64,000 nucleotides of DNA, from the NCBI GenBank assembly GCA_002104945.1, contig MCFH01000034.1, positions 186,001 to 250,000 on the forward strand, written 5' to 3'. This document shows, piece by piece, positions 1 to 13,597 of the stretch (position 1 is the first letter of the stretch; every line of letters starts with the position of its first letter). The translations under genes and the position numbers were made by a program. This stretch comes from Piromyces finnis finn (Eukaryota; Fungi; Neocallimastigomycota). Below the pieces are notes generated by a model. It made no database searches and was not told the DNA's origin. It was given only the letters and a program-made list of their open reading frames with translations.

Positions 1-1
1 A

Positions 2-1921
2 AAAATTAAAAAGGCCAATAATAAGAAAACTGAAGTTGAATACTATTGTTGTGATATTTCCAATGGAGATTCATTAAATGACGTATTCAATGATATCCGT
101 AAGCGTCAAGGTTTACAAATTAATGGTATCTTCCATACCGCTGGTACTAATGATGATACTTTATTCTTAACTCAAACTTACGAAAAGTTTGAAAAATTAG
201 CTCCAGCTAAGGTTATTGGTACTCATAATATTATTAAGTACACAGAAGATTTTAAGGATGAATTAAAGTTTATCATTTTAACTTCTTCTCTTACTGCCCT
301 TTCTGGTTTAACTGGTCAAACCAATTATACTGCTGCTAACATGTTTATTGATGCCATTGCTAGATATTGTAGAAACCATGGAAGAAATAATGTTATGTCT
401 TTAGAACTTTGTGGTTGGTCTGGTGCAGGTAATGCTGATGTTTTATCTTCAAGATCTGAAGTTTTTGTTCTTGACAAAATTGGAGGTGGCAATATGTTTA
501 AATTATTATTTAAGCTTGGCGGTCAAACTAAGGAAAGTTGCTGTGTTGGTTTCCCTGATGTTAGTCATGAAAATTGTGATGAAGCCATTTTCCACGATTA
601 TCTTTACCGTGTTAATTTACGTCCAAAGAATCGTCCAAGAACTGATCTTACTACTTTATCTCATCATAATCTTGGTCAACATGATATTGAAATTTCAGAA
701 GAAGATAAATCTCTTAGTGTTCAAGATATTTTAAAGAAAGAAATTCGTAGAATGTTAATGTACAATGAAGATGATGAAATTGACGAAATGCAACCACTTT
801 CTGAATTAGGTATGGATTCTATTATGATGATGGAATTCCGCCAAGTTATTAAAGCTGTCACTGATATTATGATTCCACTTTCTATTATTTCTTCACCAAA
901 TGTTTATCTTTCTAAGATTTACCAATACCTTAATAATAAGGCTGGTAGTGATATTACAGGTGGAAGTAAAACTCAAAAAAGTATGAGTAGTTCTTCTGTA
1001 AGTGAAAAAAAGAAATCCAGTGTTGTTGCTAAGAGAGAAGAACTTAAGGCAAAAAGAGCTCAGAAAAAATCTAAAGCCGCATCTTCAAATGAAATTGAAG
1101 AAGGCATGAAAGATTATGGTGAATGGCTTATTCGTTTAGATACTAATAATAATATTACTAACTCATTCTTCCTTTTCCCAGCTGCTGGTAGTTCTATCAG
1201 TATGTATGGTAATTGGAACAGTTACATGAAAAACTCAGCCTTATTTGGTGTTAGTTATCCAGGTCATTTAGTACGTTTAGATGAAACTCCAATTGATGAC
1301 TTAAAGACTTTAGTTAGTGCTATTGCTAAAGAAATTATGGAAAATATTAAGAATGGTAATATTCCAAAGGATCAACCACTTTACTGTTTTGGTCACTCCT
1401 TAGGTGCTCTTGTTTCATATGAAGTTGTAATGCTTCTTCAAAATGAAAGAAAGAATGGTAATCCAAATGCCCCAGTCTTTGCTGGTCTTATTGTAAGTGC
1501 ATCTCCAGCTCCAATTTATCCAAGACCAATTCCTCTTCGTAAGGTTAATGGTAAACCAATTCACTTTACTGATTTATCACCAGAACAATTCCCAGAAGAA
1601 TTAGCTATTCTTGGTGGAGCTAACAAAGAAAGTTTACAAAGTAAACAATTCCAGAAGTTAATACCATCTATTGCAGCTGATTTCAAAATTACTGATAATT
1701 ACAAACGTATTACTGATAAGGATCATCAATTAGAATGTCCATTATATGATATTGGTGGTGTTTCTGATCCAATGGTTAACCCAGATTCTAGAAAGAATTG
1801 GGAACTTGAAGTAACTGAAGAAACTCCATTAGTTCGTATTACTTTTGAAGGTGGTCATTGGTTTATTCAAGAAAATATGGAATCTGTTCTTGAACGTTTA
1901 AAGAAGGAACTTAAACTTTAA
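2..1921 (+). CDS. Type I polyketide synthase, 3' part (ketoreductase - ACP - thioesterase); 5'-truncated by the window edge
   Basis: The frame is open from position 2 into ORF 341..1921. KR motifs GIFHTAGTNDD and GQTNYTAAN (catalytic Tyr); ACP LGMDSIM; TE FLFPAAG, GHSLG nucleophile and C-terminal GGHW. No introns in the visible part. Confidence 0.93.
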   Translation, partial: KIKKANNKKTEVEYYCCDISNGDSLNDVFNDIRKRQGLQINGIFHTAGTNDDTLFLTQTYEKFEKLAPAKVIGTHNIIKYTEDFKDELKFIILTSSLTALSGLTGQTNYTAANMFIDAIARYCRNHGRNNVMSLELCGWSGAGNADVLSSRSEVFVLDKIGGGNMFKLLFKLGGQTKESCCVGFPDVSHENCDEAIFHDYLYRVNLRPKNRPRTDLTTLSHHNLGQHDIEISEEDKSLSVQDILKKEIRRMLMYNEDDEIDEMQPLSELGMDSIMMMEFRQVIKAVTDIMIPLSIISSPNVYLSKIYQYLNNKAGSDITGGSKTQKSMSSSSVSEKKKSSVVAKREELKAKRAQKKSKAASSNEIEEGMKDYGEWLIRLDTNNNITNSFFLFPAAGSSISMYGNWNSYMKNSALFGVSYPGHLVRLDETPIDDLKTLVSAIAKEIMENIKNGNIPKDQPLYCFGHSLGALVSYEVVMLLQNERKNGNPNAPVFAGLIVSASPAPIYPRPIPLRKVNGKPIHFTDLSPEQFPEELAILGGANKESLQSKQFQKLIPSIAADFKITDNYKRITDKDHQLECPLYDIGGVSDPMVNPDSRKNWELEVTEETPLVRITFEGGHWFIQENMESVLERLKKELKL

Positions 1922-2497
1922 ATAAAATTATTATAATTCATACATAATCTATTATTAAACTATCAACTATTAATTAATATTTAAAACCAATTTCAAAATA
2001 AATAGAATTCCCCAGCAAATACAAAATTAAATAGATAGACAATAATATTAAAAAAATATTTATACATCTTTCATATAATATAGATTTTTTTTATATAGTA
2101 AATAATGTTTATTTTAGAAAATAATAATCAATATAAAAAAATTAGTTATTTTGTTTTATTTTATAAGCATAAATTTTAAGTTTATATTTTAAAACAAATT
2201 ATAGAATTATCCTCTTAAAATAATAATAATAATAATAATAATATAATATAATATAATACAATTCAATAATCAATAGATGAAGAGCAATTTTATATAAACT
2301 TTATATTAAATAATCTCTACTATAATAGTTTACTACTTTAGAGTTAAAAAATAAACCAAATTTTTATTATTACTTTATATATTTTAGTTAAAAGTAATAT
2401 AAAAATACTGTAATATATATAAAAATTTAAAAAAAAGATATCGCCTTTATAATTATAAAAAAAAAAAAAAAAAAAAAAAGAGGAAGATAAAATTATA

Positions 2498-2499
<2 letters not shown>

Positions 2500-2581
<82 letters not shown>

Positions 2582-2582
2582 A
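2500..2582. repeat. (AAAT)n microsatellite, about 20 units
   Basis: Uninterrupted aataaataaata run between the convergent 3' ends of the PKS and DXO genes. Confidence 0.95.
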
Positions 2583-2702
2583 AAATAATTATATAAAAAA
2601 AATAATGTTTTTTTAGAGTAACAACACATTATAGATAAAATAGTTTACAATTTTGCAAAGGTTTATATTATATCTTTATTATTAAATATTAACATTTATA
2701 TT

Positions 2703-3491
2703 TTAATTAATCCACCAATTTGGTAAAAATCCAGAATTTGAACCATTGCATTTAACATGTATGAAATTTTTATTTACCTCTGAATCAAAGGTCACAGTAT
2801 AAGAAATATTAGGATCACTTACATTGACTATTTCATGTTTTAACCAATTTAAAAATATTTCAGCAAATGCCAAACATACATTAGCATTCCATGGTTCATG
2901 ATTATATTTTTTAATGTTAAAATTACTGCCTTTTTTTAAATCTTTTGCTATTTCTCGAGTTTGATTTAATTTATTTTTTTGTTGTCTTTCTATATGATGT
3001 TGATTAACTATATGTGGAATTTTGAGAGTTGAAAGGGATGAAACCTTTTCTACCTATAAATTATTAAAAAAAAATATTAATTATTATATATATATATGAT
3101 ATAATAATAATAAAAAAATTATATAAACATTTACTTCTAAATCTTTATTTCTATACGCTATTATAATTTTTGGTATTCCAACAAGAAAAGATTGTGCCCA
3201 AAATTTTATTAATTTATATCTAAATATTATTTATTTCAACAAAATTAAAGTTTATAATTTTTTTTTACTATATGCTATATGTATTGTTGATTATAATTAT
3301 AACCTATATATTTTACCTTTCAAAATTATTTTCTTCTTGTGAATTACTAATTATTTTTGTAGTTTTTAATTCCACATAGGGTTTTTGAGTTTCGTTGGGT
3401 GAAAATTTTCCTAATTTAAAATAATTTTATGATATTATTATATATATCATTAATTTATTTTTATATATATAATATATGAATTTGAATGTTT

Positions 3492-3539
<48 letters not shown>

Positions 3540-3986
3540 ATTACTTTCTGCGCAGTCTACTTCTGCTCCCATTATTAGTCGGATGTTATTTAATTTTGAT
3601 TGAACAATTATACCATATTCTTCTTTATTATTAACAATATCATGAACTCTTTCTTCTAATAATACTTTATTATTTTCAGATTTATCAATTTCTTCCGGAG
3701 GTATGGGTATAGTGGATAATGCCTCAAATTTAAAACCTGAATAACAAAACTATTAATTTATATATTAGAAAAAAAAATTTTTTTTTAAATAAAAAAAAAA
3801 AATATATATTTAAAAATATACTTTTTGTTGAGTAATATCATTGTTAGTTATATTTTCTTTTTTTTCCCGAGATTCCTGAATATACAAAATATTCTTATTT
3901 TATTTTAAAATAGATTTTAATTCTATTATTAATTGTAGAAAAATACAATAATATATATATTTTATTCTTGCTTATTATAATTACAA

Positions 3987-4018
<32 letters not shown>

Positions 4019-4855
4019 TTTTGTATTTCTGAATATGTACATTGTAATTACAAACGACTAATTCAAAAAAACTATTTCTCAAATATGGTAAACCTTTATT
4101 TATTAAAAAGATATTTAGGATATATTACATTTTAAATGAATTTTATATTTATAAATTGCTACTTACACATAATTTTTACAATTAGTCCTCTCCCTTTTAT
4201 AAGCATTATGTTAATTTATAAATTTATTTTCATTTTAATATTTATATTTTTAGTTACGAAAATCTATTGATAACAATATTAAATTTATAATTACATGTAA
4301 TAACATGAGGTTTTTTTTCATTTTCATTTTTGAAAGTTAAATGATTTTTCTCCTTTAATACTTTTAATAGATTGTCCAATGGTTCAGGTTTCTCAATTTT
4401 TCTATCAAATGTTTCAAAACCTTCAGTAAGGTCATTATATTTCATATTCATTGGATAATAGTATTTCTTTTTATTTATTTATTTATAAGAAAATAAGTAT
4501 ATCATTATTAATATAGGATTCCTATATCGTTTAGATGTTATATACATTGTATAATATACATTAGCTAATTACCATAACTCTATTATCCATTTGTAATTCT
4601 CGGTTAATATCTTTATTATTTAATAAAGTTTAAAAAAAATAAAAATTAAAATGTAAATTTCGAATTAATTATTATTATTATTATTAATATAACTATTTAA
4701 TAATATTATAAAATATAAATATTATTTTATTATTAATTATTAATTATTTATTATACTATACCTATTGAGAAATTTGAAATTTCAGTAGGTTGACTATAAT
4801 TTACTCGTATGTGTTTTAATTTATTTATTATGGGTATTCTGAAATTGAATTCCAT
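2703..4855 (-). CDS. RAI1: DXO/Rai1 (Dom3Z) family decapping exoribonuclease, multi-exon
   Basis: Manually spliced GT-AG exons give VITWRGLIVKIMC, FCYSGFKFEALST, IMGAEVDC, YVELKTT and FWAQSFLVGIPKII, the hallmark RAI1/DXO motifs with catalytic EVD and ELK. ATG at 4855, TAA at 2703-2705. Confidence 0.9.
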
Positions 4856-5451
4856 TTTTTAATTTATTTTTCTAGATATTATTATTAATAATTAAAAAAA
4901 AAATGAATTATATGTTTTTTCTAAGTATATAAAATGAAATTTAAATAATTTGAAATTTAGATTTCTTGTAAATTTGTAAATTGAAATGTATTATAATTAT
5001 CAATTTTACTATATAGAAATCAAAAATTTTAATTATATTTAATATATCAGAAAAAAAAAAAATAAAAATAAAAAAAAATTTATATAGAATTTGATAATTT
5101 TTTTATATGATAAAACATATAATTCTATATATAAAAATTTATCTTAATTTTTATAATAAAGAAATAATAAAAAGAAAATTTTTATTAGCTTTTATATTAA
5201 TATAGGTAATTATTAAGAAATTCAATGTAATTTAAATTTCATTTTTTTTAACAAGACTTATAAAATAAGAGTAAACAAACAAACAAACAAAAAACAAACA
5301 GATAATAACAAGGTTTTCTTATTGACATTCAAACTATTAAATATATTAAATATTTCATCAGTTTGAAAAAATTATTTATTAAAAATCCATAGAATATAAC
5401 TTTATTTCAATTATTATAATAATTAAATATTTTCAGTTTTAATAAAGTAGT

Positions 5452-8257
5452 ATGGCAGAAGAATTTTACATAGACCAAATGCATAAATGGTAAATAAGAA
5501 GAATTTGAATATAAATTACTAAATTACTTTCCTTTTTTAAATGTATATAAAATTATATATACCTTTTTTATAATTGCTAATCAGTCATCACAACAATTTT
5601 ATTAACTATATTATATTAATATTTTTTAAATATATTTTAAATGAAAATCTAAAAAATTACAAACTTTTGAACAAAATCTATATTAAAATTAAAATATTTT
5701 TAAATTATTATTTAAATTATGTATTTATTTGTTCATACCTTTTAAATTCCCAAAACAATTTAAAGGGAAAATGTTTGGTCAACTATTAAACAATTATCAA
5801 AAGAAGAAATTGCTAAAATTCCAAAAGAATTCCTTCGTACTTCAAAAATTCCAGAACATAAGGTTAAAATAAAGAAATGGGAGCGAAGTAAATATTTAAT
5901 TTAAATATATTTATATATGTATATTTAAAATTCTTGTAAATGTAAAAATTTATTAAAATTACGTTTCATCAAATTTATTAAATTCCAAAAAAAAATATAT
6001 ATATATATATATATTAGGTGAAGAAATAGTTGATAATTTTGAAGTTGAACAATTATCAAATATTATATTATATGATGTTGATATGGTAATGGAAAATACA
6101 GAGGATTCATCAGTTTCTATATCTACATCTAATAACATAACTGTAATTATTATTTTTAATTTATTATTTTTTTTTAAAAAAAAATAAATTTGTAATAAAA
6201 TTAATTATGTTATTTTTTTATACTAAAAAATAAATTGTTTAAATAATTCTAAATTAACAAGTCAATTGATCAAGAAAAAGCAGCTGAATTAATGGCAACA
6301 CCAGTCGCAGAAACATCTATTAATTCAAGTGAAAACACAAGTCAACAAAATGATTTAACAATTAGTAATACAATTCATAATTCAATGTCAAATACAAGTT
6401 TTTCAAATTCAACATCGACGGATTCATCTTCAGAAAGAACAGAACAAACAAGCACAGGAAATGGAACTAATAGCAATTTGACAAATGGAAGTAGTTTAAA
6501 ATTCGAAATTCTTCCAGAAACTGAACAAGATTCTTCTATAGAAAAATTACCTTTAAAGAAAACCTCAACTAATAACGGTGATTAATTAATATTTAAAGTT
6601 TATTGCATTTTTCTTAAAACATATACTCATCATAAAGATTTATATATTATATTTTAATTAAATTTTAAAAGAAGAAGATTCTGAACATGCTGATAAAAGA
6701 ATAAAGTTAGACGATGGAAATATTAAAGAAGTTAATATAATAAATAAGATTGAGAATGATAATTCAATAGTAACAGAGGAATTAGGTAATATATTATATA
6801 GAATATTATAGTGTTTTAATAGTAAGTTTTTATATATCAAAAAAAAAAAATTTTTTTTTAATACAAACAAAATTTATTATAACTTTTATTAATCAATTAT
6901 AATGATGGTGCGATAAAAAAAATCAACAGTAACTGATAATAATTCTTTAAAAAGGAAAGCTGATCAATTAGAAAAGGAAACAGAATCAGGATCATCAATA
7001 TCAAATGAAATTGAAAAACTAAATAAACCTGTAAATGAAAATATAAGTAATGTAATTAATAAAGAAGATATAGCTAATAAAATTCATATAAATGCAACAT
7101 TATTGGATTCAGAAGAATTGAAACCAAAGCAAACTGAGAAACATATGAGTCTTTTTGATGATCAAGGTTATATAATACTAAATCCTTTTTCCTTAGAAGA
7201 TAAAGTTTCAAATGTAGCCATGGAAGAATCGAAAATAGTAGATGTTCCTTCTTCTAATGAAAATAAAATGGATATTGATGGTGTTGAAAATTTTGATAAA
7301 TTAGACAATGAACAAAGTGTTGCAGATAGCTCATTTGGATTGAAGTCATATAATAGTACAGAATTTTCATCTGAAGGTAGCTATAAGAAGGTTGTAGCAT
7401 CTATCGAAGATTCCAACGTTTCAACAATTTATGAAGTTAGTTCTATTAATAATGAAGATTTATTAGATCAATCTAGTTCTGTTTCATCAAGTAATGTAAA
7501 GAGGATAATTGAAAGACTTGAAAACAATTCTATAAATAATGAATTATCATCAAGTATTAATAGTACAATAGAAAATAATAGTGGTGAAGTTAAACTTCCA
7601 GAAAAATTTGATGATTCAAAAACTTTATCAGAAAAATCTGAAGGTAATAAATTAGAACAACATCAAGAAACTGATGATAAAAATCATATTAGTTCTGGGA
7701 ATGAAAATGAAATTGTTGAGAATAAAATAACAAATGAAAATGAAAATGAAGAAAAAAAAGTAGAGAATAATATAGTAGAGAAGGAAACGGATATTAATAT
7801 AAAAATTGATAAAGATGATAATGAAACAGAGGGAAAAAAAGAAGCAGGTACCTTAAATAAAGTAAATAGTGGCGATTTAATGGACGTTGATGATAAACCA
7901 AAGGAAGGTATAATTGGTGGATCAGTTATAGATAAAATAAAATTATTTGAAAAAAATGTTATTATTAATGAAAATAGTAAAGAAAACGAAAAAGAAGTTG
8001 AAGCTAAATTACAAGAAGTTAATAATACAATTGATAAACAAGTAGAAGAAAATGAAGTTAAAGTTGAAAGAGAAGGTCCATCCAATATTGTAAATAATTC
8101 ATCATTTACTGAACAAGAAAAGAAAGAAATAAATTCTACTGAAAATGTTGTTAATGTAACGGCAACAAATAATATAAAAGAAATAACTGTAACAAAGACA
8201 GAAGGTAGCAATTCAGAAATTGAAAACCCAAATTCTAATTCATCAAATACAAACTAA
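5452..8257 (+). CDS. Hypothetical protein: short Trp/Lys N-terminal domain (possibly BCL7/Rtt102-like) and a long acidic low-complexity tail
   Basis: Exons 5452-5489, 5766-5887, 6018-, 6262-, about 6670- and about 6930-8257 splice in frame: MAEEFYIDQMHKWENVWSTIK...KVKIKKWERSEE. They join ORFs 6292..6585 and 7103..8257. The gene model is well supported; the family call is weak. Confidence 0.7.
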
Positions 8258-8962
8258 AATTGTGACTAAAATTGTGACAAAACCTAGAATATATTTTACT
8301 AAAAAGTTCTTTTATTACTTAATCTAATGATAAAAATACACATTTATTATTATTATTATTATTTTTTTTCATAATTAGTATCAATAATTATTAAATATAT
8401 ATATTTACAAATATAATTTAATTTTAAATTTTGAAAATTTTATTTTAAAATTTTTTCCTCCTTTTTTATTTCATTTTAAAATTTCTTATTATATCTATTT
8501 ATTAATCCTTAATAAATATATTTTTTTGTTAAATATCAATTGTTCAAAAACAGAAATAAAGTAAAATAAAATAAAAAAAAAAAAAAGAATAATTCATCGA
8601 GAGATTATTTTTACTTGTATAGTCAATATGAATAAATTAAAAAACTTTTTTTGTAATTTATAATTTTTACTAAAATTTTATTAGAATAATAAAAAATAAT
8701 GAAAATAACAATAAAAATCAAACATTTTATTTATTACTTTAATTGATTTTTGTTAACTCTTTGCTTTATTTTTTTTTCTATATAAATAAAATAAATTATA
8801 ATTAAAATTATATTTAAATATCTATTATAATAATGATAATAATAAAAATATAAATAATTGATGAAAAAATGAAAAATTAATAAGTATTATTATTTTGATC
8901 ATAATATTTATAAGAAATATAATGGAATATATATTTGTTATTAAATAATATATTAAAATCTT

Positions 8963-9744
8963 TTATTCCTTTTGTTTTTCCATAACTCTATTAGCTAATT
9001 CTGTAGTAGAGGCTCTTATTACTTCATCAAATACACCATGTAATTGCTTACAACCACTAACTGCCAAATTAAAAACAGGTTCGAATTTATCTAAATGTAA
9101 TCTGGATTCAGACTTATAATTATTATTATTAGTTTATTTTATATCGAAAATAAAAATGAATTCGTTTTTTAAAAACTTACAACTAAAGTAGAAATTTTCC
9201 CTGAGTTTGGCATAACAGCAACAGTTAATGTTGGTGTAAAGTTATTTTCTTCAAAATAATTTAAATCTATGAGGGATTATTTTTAATAAAAATCAATAAT
9301 TTTTTTTTATTTTTTTTTAAAGAAAATAATTAAGTTTATTCTTATACCTAAAATTGGTGTATCTTCAACACATCCAGCAGAACATGCACAAACATATTCT
9401 TTCATTGGAATACCAGCATCAATTAAAGCTAAAGTAGCAGCATTAATTGAAGTATGTAGAGCACCTGATTAATATTTATATAAGGCAACTCATTATTATT
9501 CTTGCTAATTTAAATAAAAAAGTATAAGAAAACTGTATAATTAATATACATAATATTACCTCCATCAACTTGTAAAATTTGTAAATATATGTCAATTTGA
9601 GATCTTGGATATAATGTAGTAATAACAGCTGTTTCAAAAGTTTGTTTTACAATGTTGGCGATTTCAATGAAACGTCTTTATTATAAATTTATAATTTTAA
9701 TAAAATGAATAAATATATTATTAAATTTGTTTATTGATACTAAT

Positions 9745-9785
<41 letters not shown>

Positions 9786-10587
9786 TAATACCTATCCATT
9801 TTAGATCTTTGTTTTCTTTCACTCGTACTAAATGTTGCAATACTATATTCAACATTTATACTAGCTCTGTCATGATATTGTAAATTTTTGTGACTTGGCT
9901 ATTTTTTTAAATATAGAGTATTTTTAAATAATTAATATCTGAATTATGCATATATAGAGATTATATTGTTTATAAAAATTACATATTATTTTATTTTACA
10001 AATATAAAATAAGTATATATGATGTTAAAATTTTCATTAATTATTAAATGATTTTTTTTTTTTTTTTTAATTTTGGTTTTAATTTAAATTTTAATGTTCA
10101 TTCTCAATATTCTATTTTAATTATAATTTTATTTTATTAATGATATAATACTATATATATATGTTTCAATTGATTATTATTTTTATTTAATGTTTTTGTT
10201 AAATTTGAGTAATTCTAAACTTTTTAAAAGCTATTTATGTTTTTTTTTCTTTCATCCATTAATTAATAATAATAAAAAGTTGTAATCCTTTATTGAATAT
10301 ATCACTCTTTAAATAATAACCTCACGAGGACCATAAACCGTTGCGAGACATTTGGTGTTTCCTTGTTCTATATAAGCTGAACCATCTGCTTGAGCTAAGA
10401 TTCCTGTTTTACAATTAACTCTTCTTAATTCATTGGCTCTTCTACCGTCGATTCTAAGTCCTTTATTTTTTAAATATAAAAAATATATTAACCATTACCT
10501 TGCGTAATTATATATATACATATATATCAATTAAATAGCATTAAAATAAGTACCTTCAGGTGATAATAAATCTAATCCAGAAGACAT
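8963..10587 (-). CDS. RRP41: Exosome core subunit Rrp41/Ski6 (RNase PH family), 7 exons
   Basis: Spliced translation MSSGLDLLSPEGLRIDGRRANELRR...ADGSAYIEQGNTKCLATVYGPRE...YPRSQIDIYLQILQVDGG...INAATLALIDAGIPM. All introns are GT-AG. Confidence 0.95.
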
Positions 10588-10828
10588 TTTGGAATTTCTA
10601 TTATTATAATAAAAAAATTACAGATTTTTTTTTTAAATAATACAAATATTTTTTTTTTTAAAAAAAACTTATTGATTTGGATCACGTGTAATTAAAACTG
10701 AATAATAAAAATATATAATTAATATGATTTAACATATATTTATGATTTTTAATTTAATATGAAAAAAAAAAAAAAAATTATGTAAATTTAAAAGTTCAAC
10801 CAAAAAATTTTATATATTATATTCGACA
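10588..10828. promoter_or_regulatory. 241-bp bidirectional promoter between RRP41 and RPC4, containing ATCACGTGT at 10681-10689
   Basis: Divergent ATGs at 10587 (-) and 10829 (+), with an E-box near the middle. Confidence 0.65.
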
Positions 10829-11758
10829 ATGGATTCAGGATCTACATCAAAATCTGAAGAAAAACCAAAGATTAAAAAGACACCTTCTAGCAGTAATGTT
10901 AGGACATTTGGTACCATTGGTTCTACAGAACCAGGAAAAATAGGCTCTTTAAAAGGATCTAAGGTTATTAATTAATCTCAAAAAAATTTTGCAATTTAAT
11001 TTCAACTATTATTTTTGATATTCAAATATAAAAGATTTAATTAATATTGAAGCTAAAATATTTAAACACTAATAGATGGATAAAGATAGTAAATTCGAAT
11101 TTTTTTATAATTACAGAAATTATTGAAGTACAGAATAAATTACGATACTTTTCAAATAGCAAAGAATTTTAATCATTAAATTAAAAAGTAATATTGTTAA
11201 ATAATAATTCAATGATTTATTAATTTATTTAAATTTATCAATATACTTAGCAGGGTTTTTTAAAAAAATATAATTTCTTCATTTATAAAATTTTAAAATT
11301 AAAAGGAAAATTCTTTAAATTAAATTAAAAAAGGAATATTAACAAATTAGAAATATTTAATATACTTTGTAAAATAATATATTTAAATTATATGAACTTA
11401 AAAAATAAACATACTACTTTTTATTTAATTAAACGGATAAAAAATAATAATAATAAAAAAAATAAAGTGAAAAGAAAAATATATATTAATTTTATTTTAT
11501 TTTTCATCTTGTATAGTTAACATTCAAACCAAAAATTCCAACAAGAAGAAAGCAAATTAAAGTCGAGTAAATACAATTAATTAAGTATTAAATAAAAATT
11601 AAATCTTATTTATTTATTAATTTTGTTATTTTTGGTTTTTGGTATATTTATATAAAAAATAAATAAACATTAGAGATGAAGAAAAACCAAAGAAAACTAA
11701 AGAACGTAAAGGAAAGAAATCATTTAAAGATAAAGAAAGAAAACCAAGAGGTACTTTA

Positions 11759-11817
<59 letters not shown>

Positions 11818-13066
11818 TTGAATACTATATTGTTTATTTTATTATTAAATTAATAGGAAGACCAACATATGAACCTTCTGCCCTTTCAGGTCCTTTTGCA
11901 CAAGGTGCCGCAAGACGTAAGTATTTAATATGATAATATTAATAATATGTTGAATTTTACAAATTGTTTTTTAATAGTTAATTGAATCATTGCTATTTCT
12001 GCTTAATTTAATTTAATAATAGCTGGTGTAAAAAGAGAATATGGATCAAGTAGAACATTTAGTGGTGTAAGTTCTGGAAGTAGTGGTATTCGTGTTGAAG
12101 AAGATACCCAATCAGATGTAAAACCAAAGGTTGAATCATTAAAATTCAAAAATTTGAATGATGAAAATGAAGAAGAATTTTATGAAGAAGATGAAAATAC
12201 TACTCGTCCAGTTAGTTTAGTAGATTTAACACAAGAATTAAATGAAAAAATGGAAAAAATCAAACTTGAAGAAAAGAATTTTACTTTCAAAAAAATAAAA
12301 TTCGAAAATGAAAAAGTAGAAGTTAAATCAGAAAATGATGAACAATTACCAAAGGATACTGATAATATGGAAATTGAACAATCTGCTGCCGTTGAAGATG
12401 AAAATGAAACATATAATTATCCAGCAAGTGAATTACTAAGAAATGATGTAAATATATAAATAAAGGGATTAAAGTTATAAGATTTAAGTTATATTAAATT
12501 AAATTAAATAATTATTGTTTATATTATTGTTTTTTTATAATTATATAGATTAAACCAGAAAATAATATACTATTCTTCCAATTTCCATCTGTTTTACCAG
12601 AAATAATAAACAACAATAAAATGGACACTGATAATAAATATGATTCTAATAAAGTAAAAATAGAAACTTCGGATGGTAAATTAGCAAATGTTAATCTTGA
12701 TACAAATAATGATGCACCAGAAGGAAAGATAGGTAAACTAGTAATATACAAATCAGGAAAAATGAAGATAAAGTTTGGAGATATTTTATTTGACGTAAGT
12801 TTTTTATTTATTTATTTATTATTACTATCATTATTTCATTTTTTTAAAAAAATGGAGAAAGATAATGTTTATTAATATTTGTTAACCTTTGTATTTAACA
12901 AAAAACAAATAACCGAACAAAAAAACAATAGGTTAATCCTGGTACCGATTGTAATTTCTATCAAAATGCATTTTCATTTAATACTGAAAACCAAGAAGGT
13001 TATATTTTAGGTGATATTAGAAAAAGATACATTTGTACACCTGATATAGAATCATTGTTGAAATAA
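10829..13066 (+). CDS. RPC53: RNA polymerase III subunit RPC4 (RPC53/POLR3D), multi-exon
   Basis: C-terminal domain GKIGKLVIYKSGKMKIKFGDILFDVNPGTDCNF...LGDIRKRYICTPDIESLLK*. N-terminal exons include KLTFKPKIPTRRK and ALSGPFAQG. Confidence 0.9.
11758..11816. repeat. (AAT)n microsatellite in an RPC4 intron
   Basis: About 19 aat units following the gtact donor. Confidence 0.9.
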
Positions 13067-13597
13067 TTTTAAATTACAATTAAAGATTTTATTTCATAAT
13101 ATTTCCTAAATTAGTTTTAACAGTATATTTAATCATTATTTTTTTTTTTTTTTACCTCAACATAAAAAATAATTATTGAACTATATGTTTATAAAAAGTA
13201 ATAAAAAAAAAACTTTTATCTTAATATTATTTAATTTTGATTCTGTATTTTTTATTGTTATTAAAATTATTAAAAAATAGATTTACCCAATAGAAATAAA
13301 TAATATTTTATGTATAATTTATATTTTTCAAAAATATATTAATAAATAATTATTATCTAAGTAAATAAATAAATAAAAAAAGTTATATCAATATTATGTA
13401 TATATATTTTTAATTTTCAATTTTATTAATTTTATTATTTTTATTTGTTATATGTTTCTTTTTATTTTATTTTTTATTTTAACTTTTTAATTTATAGTTT
13501 ATTTCTTATATTACATAAACTAAAAGAATAGTAATTTTTTTTTTATTCATAAATTATTTTAATCATAAATATTTGCAAGACTTTTAATTAGTTAAAT

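Noticed and set aside
7684-8211. Antisense ORFs (also 411..734, 14085..14303, 19142..19456, 31210..31941, 46906..47121, 52870..53079)
   Set aside because: They overlap well-supported genes on the other strand or frame and have no independent motifs.
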